From: a virus
Taxonomy: Duplodnaviria; Heunggongvirae; Uroviricota; Caudoviricetes
Length of the DNA stretch: 64,000 nucleotides
Direction: 5' to 3' (one strand)
IMG/VR virus record: IMGVR_UViG_3300042401_002002
Shown here: positions 30,274 to 40,404 of the stretch, one piece after another
Layout of the letters: each line of letters opens with the position of its first letter
Position numbering within the stretch: the stretch's first letter is position 1
Translations under genes and position numbers: made by a program
The notes under the pieces: generated by a model
Told to the model about the DNA's origin: nothing
The model's database searches: none
The model's input: the letters and a program-made list of their open reading frames with translations, nothing else

Positions 30274-32952
30274 TTAAACTGAACAAGCACCTGATTCACA
30301 ACCGACATCATTTGAATTAGATTCATTATGTGTCTTTTCAAGTTCATTAATTAAATCATCACTATTACCATCTTCAGTATTAGCGTAATATAATGTTTTT
30401 AAACCCATTTGGTATGAATACAAAATATCTGTTGAAACTTGTGAAATAGGAATTTCGCCACCATTTTTAGTTGCATTATAATAATGGTTAGAGCTAATAG
30501 CCTGGTCAATATATTTTTGAATAATAGCTTGAATATTAATCAAATGTTTATTATCACCGATTTCAAAAGCTAATTGATATTTGTTTTTTAATTTACTAAT
30601 CTCAGGCACTACCATTTTTAATGTACCTTGTTTAGATGTTTTAGTTGTTAATAAACTTCTAACCGGTTCAATACCGTTTGTTGAGTTAGATACAACAGAT
30701 GATGATTCACAAGGCATAATAGCTGTCAATGTACTATTTCTCATGCCATAAGTTAAAACATCTTGTCTTAAGGATTCCCAATCTAATGTTAATGGTCTGT
30801 TAACAATTTTATCTACATTTTTGTTATATGTATCAATAGGTAAAATACCTGATGAGTATTTAGTTTGGTCAAAATATTCACATTTACCATATTCTTTTGC
30901 TAATTTAACAGAAGCTTTGATTAAGTAGTATTGAATATGTTCCATTAACTCATCAACAAATGGTAAAGTTTCTGGAGTAGTATATGTTAAGTTATTTTTA
31001 GCTAAATAATAAGCTAAGTTAGTAATACCCACACCTACACTTCTACGTTTTAACATTTTCCTAGCAGCTGGAACTGGATAATCTTGTTTTTCAATGATAA
31101 AATCAAGTCCTCTTAAAATGTTTTCACATAATCCTTCTAATTCATCTAATGTTTTTAATTCACCCAAGTTAATAGCTGATAAAACACATAAAGCAATCTC
31201 TCCATTTTCTGTATGTAAATCAGTTATTGGTGTGGTTGGTAAGGTGATTTCCTGACAATTACCTGTGATTATACCATTAAAAATAACTTTATGTCTTTTA
31301 GGTTCATTAACACAATATGTATCATCAATTCTACCTAAATCTTCTATTTTAGTTATCGTTATACCTGAAATAATTTCACTATCAATAGAGTATGTTTCAA
31401 TTTTATCGTCAATAACTAATTCATTTGCTCTAACTTCTTTGTTACCTTCTAAATAAAATTTATGATATTCAGTACACTCAATAGTTTGTCCGTTACTAAA
31501 ACTAATTTTAATTATTTTTTGGTTCTCACCTGTTTTAACAATAGTTGTTGTACTAAACTCTTCACCATTCCATACGTTAACTTCCTTACCTGCGTTATCA
31601 CCAATTGTAATATAACCTTGGTCAGTTAAAATTTGAGTTTCTGGCGCAACACAAAGATTTGACATAGTAACACTTTGTTTAAAAGAACTATGTGTGTTTA
31701 CATGGTCTGCATTAAATAAATAAATTCTACCTGTACCGATTCTTTCTTGAATATATGAATTAAATAATTCTCTAGCACCAATAACAGTTTTTTTAATCAT
31801 TTTGTTATTCTCTAAACGAACATATAATTCTTCAAATTTATCATTGTCTTTGAAAAATAATTCATATAGTGTTGGACTATCACCAGGTGAAAATAATGTA
31901 ATATTACCGTTTTCTACTACACGTTTATAAAATAATCTATTAAATTGAATAGAATAATCCATACCACGTACTCTGTTTTCAGTTGCGCCTTTATTATTTT
32001 TAAGTACTAAAATATCCGAAATTTCTTTGTGCCAGAACGGAAAGTGAGTTGTAGAGTTACCACCACGAACACCGTTTTGAGTCGTTGATTTAGTAGCAGC
32101 TTCAAAGTGTTTTAAAAATGGAACAACACCTGTATGAACAACTTCACCGTTTCTAATTGAATCACCTAATGCTCGAATCCTACCGAAATTAAGACCTATG
32201 CCTGCTTTACTTGCTGTGTATCTTGTAACCGCACCATTACTAGCAATAATTGAATCTAATGTATCATCTACATCAATTAAAGTACATGAACTATATGTTC
32301 TTGAAGGTGTTCTTACACCAGACATAACAGGTGTTGGTAAATTTATTTTTAATAATGAAATATCATTATAGAAACTATGAATTTTGTTAATTCTTTCTTC
32401 TTTTTTTACATCAGCAAATAAAGTCATAGCAATTAACATAAACATATATTGTGGTGTTTCATATAATACACCTGTTTTTCTATGTTTAAGTAAATATTTA
32501 TCAATCAATTGTTGAATACCTGCGTATGTAAAATTATAATCACGCTGATGTTTGATTAATTTGTTAATTTTATCTAGTTCTTCTGATGTGTAATTTTCAA
32601 GTACTACAGCATCATAAACACCTAAATCAATATTCTTTTGAATTACTTCTTTAATGTGTGGTAAACCGTCAACAGTTTCAAAAACTTCTTTACGTAGTAA
32701 ATAATTAGCTAAATTAGCAGCAACATACTGATAATTTGGTTCAGTTTCAGAAATTAAACTAGAAGCTGATTGTATTAATACTTTATGTATTTCTTTTGTT
32801 GTTATATTGTCATGTAACTGCAATTTAGCGTTCATAGCAATAGTAGAAGCAGAAACATGTTTAACATTTTCTGTTGCCCAAAGTAAAACTTTGTTAATTT
32901 TTTCATAATCAAGCGGTTCAGCACCACCATGTCGTTTAACTACGTTAATCAT
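30274..32952 (-). CDS. nrdA: ribonucleotide reductase class Ia alpha subunit with ATP cone and intein
   Basis: VVKR ATP cone, PTPV, SSC, SNL/CQEI, ALCVL, KTLYY, C-terminal CESGAC. Confidence 0.96.
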   Translation of the reverse strand: MINVVKRHGGAEPLDYEKINKVLLWATENVKHVSASTIAMNAKLQLHDNITTKEIHKVLIQSASSLISETEPNYQYVAANLANYLLRKEVFETVDGLPHIKEVIQKNIDLGVYDAVVLENYTSEELDKINKLIKHQRDYNFTYAGIQQLIDKYLLKHRKTGVLYETPQYMFMLIAMTLFADVKKEERINKIHSFYNDISLLKINLPTPVMSGVRTPSRTYSSCTLIDVDDTLDSIIASNGAVTRYTASKAGIGLNFGRIRALGDSIRNGEVVHTGVVPFLKHFEAATKSTTQNGVRGGNSTTHFPFWHKEISDILVLKNNKGATENRVRGMDYSIQFNRLFYKRVVENGNITLFSPGDSPTLYELFFKDNDKFEELYVRLENNKMIKKTVIGARELFNSYIQERIGTGRIYLFNADHVNTHSSFKQSVTMSNLCVAPETQILTDQGYITIGDNAGKEVNVWNGEEFSTTTIVKTGENQKIIKISFSNGQTIECTEYHKFYLEGNKEVRANELVIDDKIETYSIDSEIISGITITKIEDLGRIDDTYCVNEPKRHKVIFNGIITGNCQEITLPTTPITDLHTENGEIALCVLSAINLGELKTLDELEGLCENILRGLDFIIEKQDYPVPAARKMLKRRSVGVGITNLAYYLAKNNLTYTTPETLPFVDELMEHIQYYLIKASVKLAKEYGKCEYFDQTKYSSGILPIDTYNKNVDKIVNRPLTLDWESLRQDVLTYGMRNSTLTAIMPCESSSVVSNSTNGIEPVRSLLTTKTSKQGTLKMVVPEISKLKNKYQLAFEIGDNKHLINIQAIIQKYIDQAISSNHYYNATKNGGEIPISQVSTDILYSYQMGLKTLYYANTEDGNSDDLINELEKTHNESNSNDVGCESGACSV
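31258..31653 (-). mobile_element. 132 aa mini-intein in NrdA
   Basis: CVAPET...CTEYHKF...DTYC...NGIITGN followed by CQEI, whose Cys is the catalytic residue. Confidence 0.9.
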
Positions 32953-33057
32953 AGAAATTTATTTAGTTTAGATAAAAATAACCAACTTTAAGGGTTGGTT
33001 ATGTAGGTTATTAGATTACAAATCTACAATATTAAAATCAATATTGCAACTTTTTTC

Positions 33058-33243
33058 TTAAGAAATTCTTTTATTTATTGTTGTTAAACAGTTTTTGTAC
33101 TGTTGTTCAAGCTGTTCCAATTCATCAATTTTTTCAAGAATTTCTTTATTTAATTTTTCAACTGCCGAAACAGTGTCTCTTTGTATTGCAAGCAAACTTT
33201 CGTTCTTTTGTTTGTTTAATTCTTCTTCAGTATAAATTCGCAT
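33058..33243 (-). CDS. small coiled-coil hypothetical protein
   Basis: 61 aa ORF with CTATTTA upstream. Confidence 0.5.
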   Translation of the reverse strand: MRIYTEEELNKQKNESLLAIQRDTVSAVEKLNKEILEKIDELEQLEQQYKNCLTTINKRIS

Positions 33244-33274
33244 GATTAAAAAGTGGTTTTTACTTTAAATAGTT

Positions 33275-34876
33275 TTATCTTGAAAAAGTCACTAAAGAAT
33301 TAAAATAAAAATTTCGTTTAGCATGATTTATTTTTTCTTCTATTGTTAAGTCATAAGGTTTATTAAAACCTGCAAGTAGATAACTGAACGCCTTAAGTGA
33401 TATATCAATGTTTGATATGTTTAATTTCATCTTTTTAAAATAAATAAGTAATTATAGTTTGGTTTGTACATTGTAATAGCGTTTTTAATCATTTGTTCTG
33501 GAGTTGTTTTTCCAAAACCAAATTTTCTTGGAATACCACAAGCTAAATACATTTCATTTGGGTCGATGAGTGGTGAATATTTTAATATATTTAATTTCAT
33601 CTTTCGTAAATATAAATTCTGTTACAATTTTTTAAATAAAAAAACGAAAGTTCTTTATTTTCAACAAAATAAGTAAACCAAACTGAATGTTTAAACCTAC
33701 TTCCCGTTCTAACTATTGAAAGTTTCATCTTAAATAAATTATTAGTTTGTTAGTTAATAATTTAATATATTTATCATGTCCATTTATTTTACGAACCAAT
33801 CCTGTATTTATAATTTTATTAGTATGTTGGAACATTTTTAATCTCATCTTAAATAAATTATTACCTTGTTTCTAAATCCTTTTAAACCGTAATCGTCCTT
33901 TATTCTTTGGTAAGAAACTGAATCAATAAACTTTACATTACTTCCGTTGTTAATTATTTTAAGTTTCATCTTTTGTAGATTAAAATTTGGTTTTTATATT
34001 CAAACATATATTTATATCCGATTTGACTTCTATAATAAAACATAGATTCTTTAAATTTAACAGCTACTATTTTATCTATTACCAATTTCATCTTTCGTAA
34101 ATGTAAATTTTGTTTAAATCGTATTTATTTAAATCGTAATCATTTTGTAAACATTCGTTTATTGGTGAATATTTAAACTTGCTGTAATAGTAACTCATGT
34201 TTAGTACTTTTATTTTCATTTCTTGTAAATATTTATTTCGTTTGAATAAAGTTTAATAAACATATTTGGATTATTTATTAAATGAAATAATTCACTTGTT
34301 ATAAACCAGTCATATTGGTAAATTGAATATTTAAGTTTCATCTCAAATAAATTATTATTTCATTTAAATCATATTCTTCAATAGGAAACATTAGTAAAGG
34401 TTCAATGTCGTTATTTAAAATTAAATATCCTAATATAACTGACTCATTTATTTTACTATCTGATTGTCTTATTTCTAATTTCATCTTTCTAAAATGTATA
34501 ATTTGTTTGTCATTTCAAATATTTGTTGGTAATTATTTTCAACAAGATGTCCGTAAATAGTTGTTATGTTAAAGGGAAAATCATCATGATTACTTATTTC
34601 TAATTTCATTTTTGTAAGTGTAAATTGAATTTATATTATATTCATTATGTTTAACATAATTGTTTGAACCAATTGTAATTAATCTAAACCAAGATGTTGA
34701 TGTAAATTTTAGATGAGTATTTTCGTATAAATTAAGTTTCATCTTTTGTAAATTTGTAGTTGATTTATCCAGTTTTCTATATTAATCCAATTACAATCTT
34801 CTTTTAAGAATAGAATATAAATACTTAATTCATTAAAATGACTAATTGCTTTATTACTAAAAACTACAAGTTTCAT
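33275..34876 (-). repeat. MKL microgene array 5 (12 ORFs)
   Basis: Starts at 33430, 33600, 33728, 33847, 33969, 34091, 34219, 34341, 34484, 34609, 34742, 34876; nearly all end N-x-[IL]-x-I-[YFL]-x-R; TAGATTTG promoter element about 20 nt upstream of the first. Confidence 0.9.
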
Positions 34877-34947
34877 TAGTTATTTGTTTATAATAACAAA
34901 TCTACAATTTTTATTTAATTTAACCAAACTATTTACAATAAAATATC

Positions 34948-35643
34948 ATGGCTCAAGTTGGTTGTACGTCTGGTTCGGTTTTGGTTGATTCTACTAACCG
35001 TTATTCATCAAATAATAGTGTTACTGTAACTACTAACCCTAGTAATATTGATGACCAAGAAACTACTACAACATCTTCTGATACAGCTGGTCAAACAACA
35101 TCAAATTCAACACCTGGTGGAACTGACCCTAATGATGCACCTAAAGTACCTATTGTTAATGTAACACCTGTTGAAACTACCACAAATACTGTTGTTTTAT
35201 TACCTGTTACTGATTTAACAGGTTTGTTAGATAATGAAGTTTTAATTAGATGTTCTGTTGGTTTATATAAAACAACAACTAATCCTGTTACAGGTGGTAC
35301 TATAGTTATTGATTTCGGTTATATACCTAAAGGTGGTTCAAATGGTGATTTTAGACCATATTCTTCACAACAAATTAATGTATCTTCTGATTTTAATTCA
35401 ATAGGCTATAATAATGCTTTTTATAATTCTGAATTTGGTACAGGAATTACCCCTACATTTGATTTTGTTAATAATAAAGTAGTAAGAGTTGAATTTGTTC
35501 ATCAAATGTATGATTATTTAGCTTATGCTAATACTGATGCAACTTATTTTAATAATCTTATTGAAAAATTTGCTGTTAGAATTAATTCTATTAATACATC
35601 TTCAAAAAATATAGGTGTTGCTGCTGTAATCGTATTCTTTTAA
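34948..35643 (+). CDS. Ser/Thr-rich putative structural protein
   Basis: 231 aa, CTATTTA upstream. Confidence 0.5.
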   Translation: MAQVGCTSGSVLVDSTNRYSSNNSVTVTTNPSNIDDQETTTTSSDTAGQTTSNSTPGGTDPNDAPKVPIVNVTPVETTTNTVVLLPVTDLTGLLDNEVLIRCSVGLYKTTTNPVTGGTIVIDFGYIPKGGSNGDFRPYSSQQINVSSDFNSIGYNNAFYNSEFGTGITPTFDFVNNKVVRVEFVHQMYDYLAYANTDATYFNNLIEKFAVRINSINTSSKNIGVAAVIVFF

Positions 35644-35707
35644 TTTTGTTTATTCAATAATTTTTATTAGATTACAAAATCAACATAAGTTTTAAACTTT
35701 TAATAAC

Positions 35708-36001
35708 ATGTTTATTTATTTAATTTCAAACCAAAACGGTTTTTATAAGATTGGTGTTTCTAAAAACCCTGATAAAAGAATAAAATCAATGGAAACAGGG
35801 AATCCGGATGATTTGATTATCCTTTATAGGTATACTACTAAACAAGCACATACAATAGAAAGAATTTTACATAGAATGTTTGAATCTTATAGAGTTAAAT
35901 TAGAGTGGTTTGAGTTACCTATTTATGAAGTACGTAATTTTTTATACAATTGTTCTAAAATAGAATGTAATCTAAATTATTTGGAAGAAAATAAAATTTA
36001 A
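35708..36001 (+). CDS. GIY-YIG family protein (T5orf172/MUG113-like)
   Basis: IYLI...YKIG.S.NP..R...METGNP, E..LH..F...R...EWF. Confidence 0.85.
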   Translation: MFIYLISNQNGFYKIGVSKNPDKRIKSMETGNPDDLIILYRYTTKQAHTIERILHRMFESYRVKLEWFELPIYEVRNFLYNCSKIECNLNYLEENKI

Positions 36002-36005
36002 TATT

Positions 36006-36305
36006 ATGAAAATTCAAAAAGTTAAAGGATTTAGGTTAAACAAACATTATTTTAAACTGTATTTGTTTGAAATTTTAATCATGTTAACGGTAGATTTAGG
36101 TTGTTACATAAGTTTAATTACTTTAGCTTATGATAAAAACTTTGGTTTGTTTTTTAAGAACAAAAGACAGAAATCTTATGGAATAGAATTTAATTTTGTT
36201 GACAGAAATACAGTTAACGAGAAAATGTATATATCTGTTTATGAATATAATAATATTCAAAATAACAAAACTAAAGTTATTAATAAGTTATTTCCTATTA
36301 AATAG
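36006..36305 (+). CDS. hypothetical protein
   Basis: 99 aa ORF following 35708..36001. Confidence 0.4.
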   Translation: MKIQKVKGFRLNKHYFKLYLFEILIMLTVDLGCYISLITLAYDKNFGLFFKNKRQKSYGIEFNFVDRNTVNEKMYISVYEYNNIQNNKTKVINKLFPIK

Positions 36306-37294
36306 AAATATCTGGTTATAAACAATAAAATAATCCTTAGCTTCTTCGTTATTCTGAATAATAGAATAAATCCAGTAATCTTTTAGGCTTGCATAAACAT
36401 AAGGTTCTATTTGAAGTTTCATTTTTTTATTTGCGTTTAAGTAAAAATATTTTATTTGTTATTATACCGAAATATTTAGCATTATTATCATTTTGAATTA
36501 TTGAATAAAAGTAGTGATTTTCATCAAATATGTTATATTGGTCTTTAAGAAATATAAGTTTCATTTTTTTAATATCATTAAAAGGTTGCAATCAAATTCA
36601 TCTACGTTTAACCATGTATAGGAACCACTTATACTATAATGATATTCAAAGTCAATACATAGATTATAATAAAAGTTACCGACCTTGAATTCATTAGGTG
36701 TTGAACCAGGTCGGTTTCCTTGTGTTGGATAGATAATTTTAAGTTTCATCTTTCTAATATTAATAAACTGTTATAAAACCCTTTGATATTTGTAAAGGTT
36801 AGAATCCCTAAATATTCAAGTTGAATAGATGTTGTTTCAAAACCTATAAATTTGTAATCTTCTGTTACAGTTGTATCTAATTTCATCTTTTATAAATTAA
36901 TATTTCGTTTCTACTACCAGAAATTAATTCGTAATAAATATCTAAATCAAACAACATTATTTTATTACTATCTGATTCACTTCTTTTAAAATACAAATGT
37001 TCACCTTTCGATTTAATATTATAAAATATATCTAATTTCATCTTTTATAAATATATATGTTATTGCGCCAATCTTCAAAAGTATCTCTTTTTAACTTAAA
37101 TAAAACTTGATAGATATAACCTCTATCGAATTCTATTGATTTACCGTAGTTATAAATTTTTAATTTCATCTTTTATAAATTATGATTTCATTGTACCAAC
37201 CAACAAAATTATCATTTTCCAAGCCAAATAGAACTCGATAGATATAACTTCTACCGAATTCCAAATGTGTTTCTCTGTCAACAAGTAATATCAT
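36288..37294 (-). repeat. MKL microgene array 6 (7 ORFs)
   Basis: ORFs 36288-36422, 36427-36564, 36561-36749, 36746-36886, 36883-37041, 37038-37169, 37166-37294. Confidence 0.9.
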
Positions 37295-39024
37295 TTCCCC
37301 TCAAAAGTGTTGATAATATCCTTCGGGTCCACCACGATTTGTCTGAAGAATCTAGGTTCGTTAATTATTTTACATTCAATTCCACATGAAATAATAACAA
37401 CTTTTTTGAAACCTGATAAATCTAATGTATCACAATAACCATCGGTTAAGATTAATAAGTTTTCTCTACCAAAGTTTTGTTTTACGTAATTAATACCTGG
37501 CATTAATTCGGTACCACCGTAAATATCGTGTAGTTGTTTAAGATTTCTAATATCTTTTTGACTTTTGATTTTTACTATGTTTTTTTCATTAACTACAGTA
37601 TCACAGAAGACTAGATTACCAACATAATTATCTTTTATACAGAAACCTAATATAGGTTCAACGCAACCACCCATACTTCCACTAACATCACACACAATAT
37701 TTAATGACTTAATATCATAAAACCTACCTTTAACAATAAATTCACTATCACTGTGTTTTTTGTTGTTTTTCTTGTAAGTTCTGTTTAATGAACCACTACC
37801 TTTTAATTTATTTACTGTACTAAAGATAACCTTTAAGAAGTTTTCTTTTTGTGGTGTGATTTGTTTCATTAATTCATCTACAAACCCTGTATCAACACCT
37901 CTTGCTTTACAATAAGCATCAATGTTTCGCATCCTATCTGCAATTTCTTCTGGTGATATTTCATCTTCATCACTTGATGTAAAATCATCTAATGATTGGA
38001 AGTTTTTACCACCTCCACCACTTGGGTTGTTTTTGTCAACTAAATATCTTAGTGCATATAAATCTAATGTACCTGTATATCTATCATCTTGTACATAAGT
38101 GATATTGTCATTATTTTTAATAATGTTTAGGTAGTCGTGTGATTTAATATGAACTTTATAAGTTTGATTATCTTTTAAGATTCTATCTCTAACAACATCA
38201 TAACCTATTGTATCACATTCACTCTGTAGTTTTTTAATATGTTCATCAAAAAATTGATACAGTTGTTCAAATACTAAATTAGAGTTATTTTCACCTTTAT
38301 CATAACCAGCTTCTAAAAAAGGTTCTAAATGAATACCTGACCCACATTTTTCCCAGTTTGATGGGAATATATAATGTTTATACGGGTTTTCTTCGTCAGG
38401 ATATGATTTTGGGTCATAATTAGGGTTAATTTCTAATTCTTTTATTATTTCACCCATTATTCTAATATTATTAGATAATTTATCAAATCTTTTCTTTGAT
38501 TCTTGGTTATCTGGGTTTTTTTGAAGATAATTAGATAATGTTTCTAATTTATCAGTTGATTGTAATAAATCAAGTTTAATTGTATCAAGTGGGGAGTCTT
38601 GAAATATCAAACTAATATGGTCACGTAATGCAACTTGGAACCTTTCAGCTCTATATTGGTATTGTATATTGTAGTTGATAATAGCATCAGTAACAATATT
38701 ACATTTACTTCTTTGAACCTCATTTGTAAAACCATACAGACGTTGTAAGTGTGCTGATTTGATGTGCATTAACTCATGGAAAATTAAATATGTAATTTCT
38801 GAGTTTTCTAATTTATTAATGAAATGTTCATTATAAGAAAATAAGAAATTTTTAAACTTAGCAGATACACAAGCAGTATCAATATCGGTTCTTTCTTTGA
38901 ACTCAATTAAGGTTGTGAAATAACCAAAATAACGATGTGCTGTTAATGATGAATGTGTTAATAAATCAATAATAGCGTTTGTTAATTTAGCATTTTTAAT
39001 TTTTACTGGAGATTCGTATGACAT
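37291..39024 (-). CDS. metallopeptidase plus vWA domain protein (DUF2201-like)
   Basis: HELMH zinc motif, N...D..IN, MIDAS DVSGSM, GGT, LTDG. Confidence 0.85.
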   Translation of the reverse strand: MSYESPVKIKNAKLTNAIIDLLTHSSLTAHRYFGYFTTLIEFKERTDIDTACVSAKFKNFLFSYNEHFINKLENSEITYLIFHELMHIKSAHLQRLYGFTNEVQRSKCNIVTDAIINYNIQYQYRAERFQVALRDHISLIFQDSPLDTIKLDLLQSTDKLETLSNYLQKNPDNQESKKRFDKLSNNIRIMGEIIKELEINPNYDPKSYPDEENPYKHYIFPSNWEKCGSGIHLEPFLEAGYDKGENNSNLVFEQLYQFFDEHIKKLQSECDTIGYDVVRDRILKDNQTYKVHIKSHDYLNIIKNNDNITYVQDDRYTGTLDLYALRYLVDKNNPSGGGGKNFQSLDDFTSSDEDEISPEEIADRMRNIDAYCKARGVDTGFVDELMKQITPQKENFLKVIFSTVNKLKGSGSLNRTYKKNNKKHSDSEFIVKGRFYDIKSLNIVCDVSGSMGGCVEPILGFCIKDNYVGNLVFCDTVVNEKNIVKIKSQKDIRNLKQLHDIYGGTELMPGINYVKQNFGRENLLILTDGYCDTLDLSGFKKVVIISCGIECKIINEPRFFRQIVVDPKDIINTFEGK

Positions 39025-39088
39025 TTTATCTTGGTTTTAAATTGTTTGTTATTAATTGATATGCAAAATTATATAAATTTTATTTAAA

Positions 39089-39358
39089 TTACAATGAAGT
39101 TGCGGATTTAATTTCAATAAACCAATCAGGATTATTTTCAACATCATCTTTATAGAAATAATAAGATTTATATTTATCTTCGCGATATTCTTCATCTGTG
39201 ATTGAATGAAAATAATCACCTCTGATAGTTTGTTTAAATATCCTACCAGCTGGACATTTTATTAAATCTTTAATTATTTTAAACGTTCTCATGTTATAAC
39301 CGACTTTTAAATTTTGAATGATTTTTAGCAATTCTTTTAGAAGTTTCTTCGATTGCAT
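39089..39358 (-). CDS. hypothetical protein (likely start MRTFK at 39292)
   Basis: ORF with C-terminal VENNPDWFIE. Confidence 0.5.
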   Translation of the reverse strand: MQSKKLLKELLKIIQNLKVGYNMRTFKIIKDLIKCPAGRIFKQTIRGDYFHSITDEEYREDKYKSYYFYKDDVENNPDWFIEIKSATSL

Positions 39359-39599
39359 CTTTTATTTCTTTAGTAATCGGTTTACTATTTTGAAATAAAT
39401 GTTTTGTTATTTTAGCGTTGTTAGGTACATATAATTTATAACCAACATAAAACCAAATTATTATTTCTGTTATTCCAGTTAAACCTCGTAAGGTTGTGTC
39501 TGTATGCCTAATATTGGTAGCTAAATAACATAAATATTCTGATAGTGCAACTATCAAAGGATACAGTAGCATCCAAAGTACGAAGGGTAGGTTTTTCAT
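39294..39599 (-). CDS. membrane protein
   Basis: Two hydrophobic segments. Confidence 0.55.
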   Translation of the reverse strand: MKNLPFVLWMLLYPLIVALSEYLCYLATNIRHTDTTLRGLTGITEIIIWFYVGYKLYVPNNAKITKHLFQNSKPITKEIKDAIEETSKRIAKNHSKFKSRL

Positions 39600-39730
39600 C
39601 TTTTATAAATTAATATATTGTTCGTCCAATTTTCAGAATTAATCCAATTTTCATTAGTCTTAAGAAATTTAGTATATAACTTAGTGTTGTAAAGGTATAT
39701 ACCATCAGTATTGTTTATGTCTAGTTTCAT
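39596..39730 (-). CDS. MKL microprotein (singleton)
   Basis: MKLDINNTDG...NWINSENWTNNILIYKR, ATGA-coupled on both sides. Confidence 0.8.
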   Translation of the reverse strand: MKLDINNTDGIYLYNTKLYTKFLKTNENWINSENWTNNILIYKR

Positions 39731-40026
39731 ACAGTTTTTATTTTAACAGTATCTTTATGATAAATTGGTAATAAATAACAATCTTCACCTTCTAATAATC
39801 TTTTTACCATTAATGGTGTGTCATCAAAACCCATTTTGAAACAAAAGAAATCATTATCATCTGAACAATATGGACCTTTATTGTAACGTACACTAAATAT
39901 ACCATTACCATAATAAAGTGCTATATCCATTGTATTTTGGTTTTTATTTCTTAATAACAAGTAATAAACCTCACTACCATCATTTTCTTTTAAAACTTCC
40001 CAATTATAATCACCACATTGAATCAT
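39727..40026 (-). CDS. hypothetical protein
   Basis: 99 aa ORF. Confidence 0.5.
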   Translation of the reverse strand: MIQCGDYNWEVLKENDGSEVYYLLLRNKNQNTMDIALYYGNGIFSVRYNKGPYCSDDNDFFCFKMGFDDTPLMVKRLLEGEDCYLLPIYHKDTVKIKTV

Positions 40027-40055
40027 TTCAATGTTATTTATTGTTGTAATTTTTT

Positions 40056-40175
40056 TTATCTTGCAAATATATTAATTTGGTTGAGATAATTTAAGTCAAC
40101 TAATCCTTGAATATGATTGTTGCGTAAAACAACATAATTTTTAACCTGTTTTACACGAAATATTTTTAATTTCAT
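40056..40175 (-). CDS. MKL microprotein (singleton)
   Basis: MKLKIFRVKQV...LNQINIFAR, directly after the promoter at 40196-40221. Confidence 0.8.
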   Translation of the reverse strand: MKLKIFRVKQVKNYVVLRNNHIQGLVDLNYLNQINIFAR

Positions 40176-40195
40176 CTTTCCAATATTTTATATTC

Positions 40196-40221
40196 AACGC
40201 AAACCTAACTAAAAGGTTTCA
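40196..40221 (-). promoter_or_regulatory. composite promoter TGAAAC-N16-CGTT
   Basis: tgaaaccttttagttaggtttgcgtt on the minus strand. Confidence 0.65.
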
Positions 40222-40275
40222 ATAAAACAAAAATAATTGTTGGAAATCTTTTAAATAACCAACAATTATTATTTT

Positions 40276-40401
40276 TTATCTAACAAAAATGCCTAACCAA
40301 TTACAATGATTTTTAGTAAGATTGGTAGTTCCTAAAACAGTGCTTTTATAAAAAACTGTTGAAGTGAACGAAATTCCAAAGTCTGATTTTTTAAGTTTCA
40401 T
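40276..40401 (-). CDS. MKL microprotein (singleton)
   Basis: MKLKKSDFG...CNWLGIFVR. Confidence 0.75.
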   Translation of the reverse strand: MKLKKSDFGISFTSTVFYKSTVLGTTNLTKNHCNWLGIFVR

Positions 40402-40404
40402 ATA

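Noticed and set aside
33275-34876. CRISPR array suggested by periodic GTTTCAT
   Set aside because: Conserved part is only about 10-12 nt and degenerate, intervals are about 110-170 nt and variable, the intervals are open reading frames, and no cas genes are present
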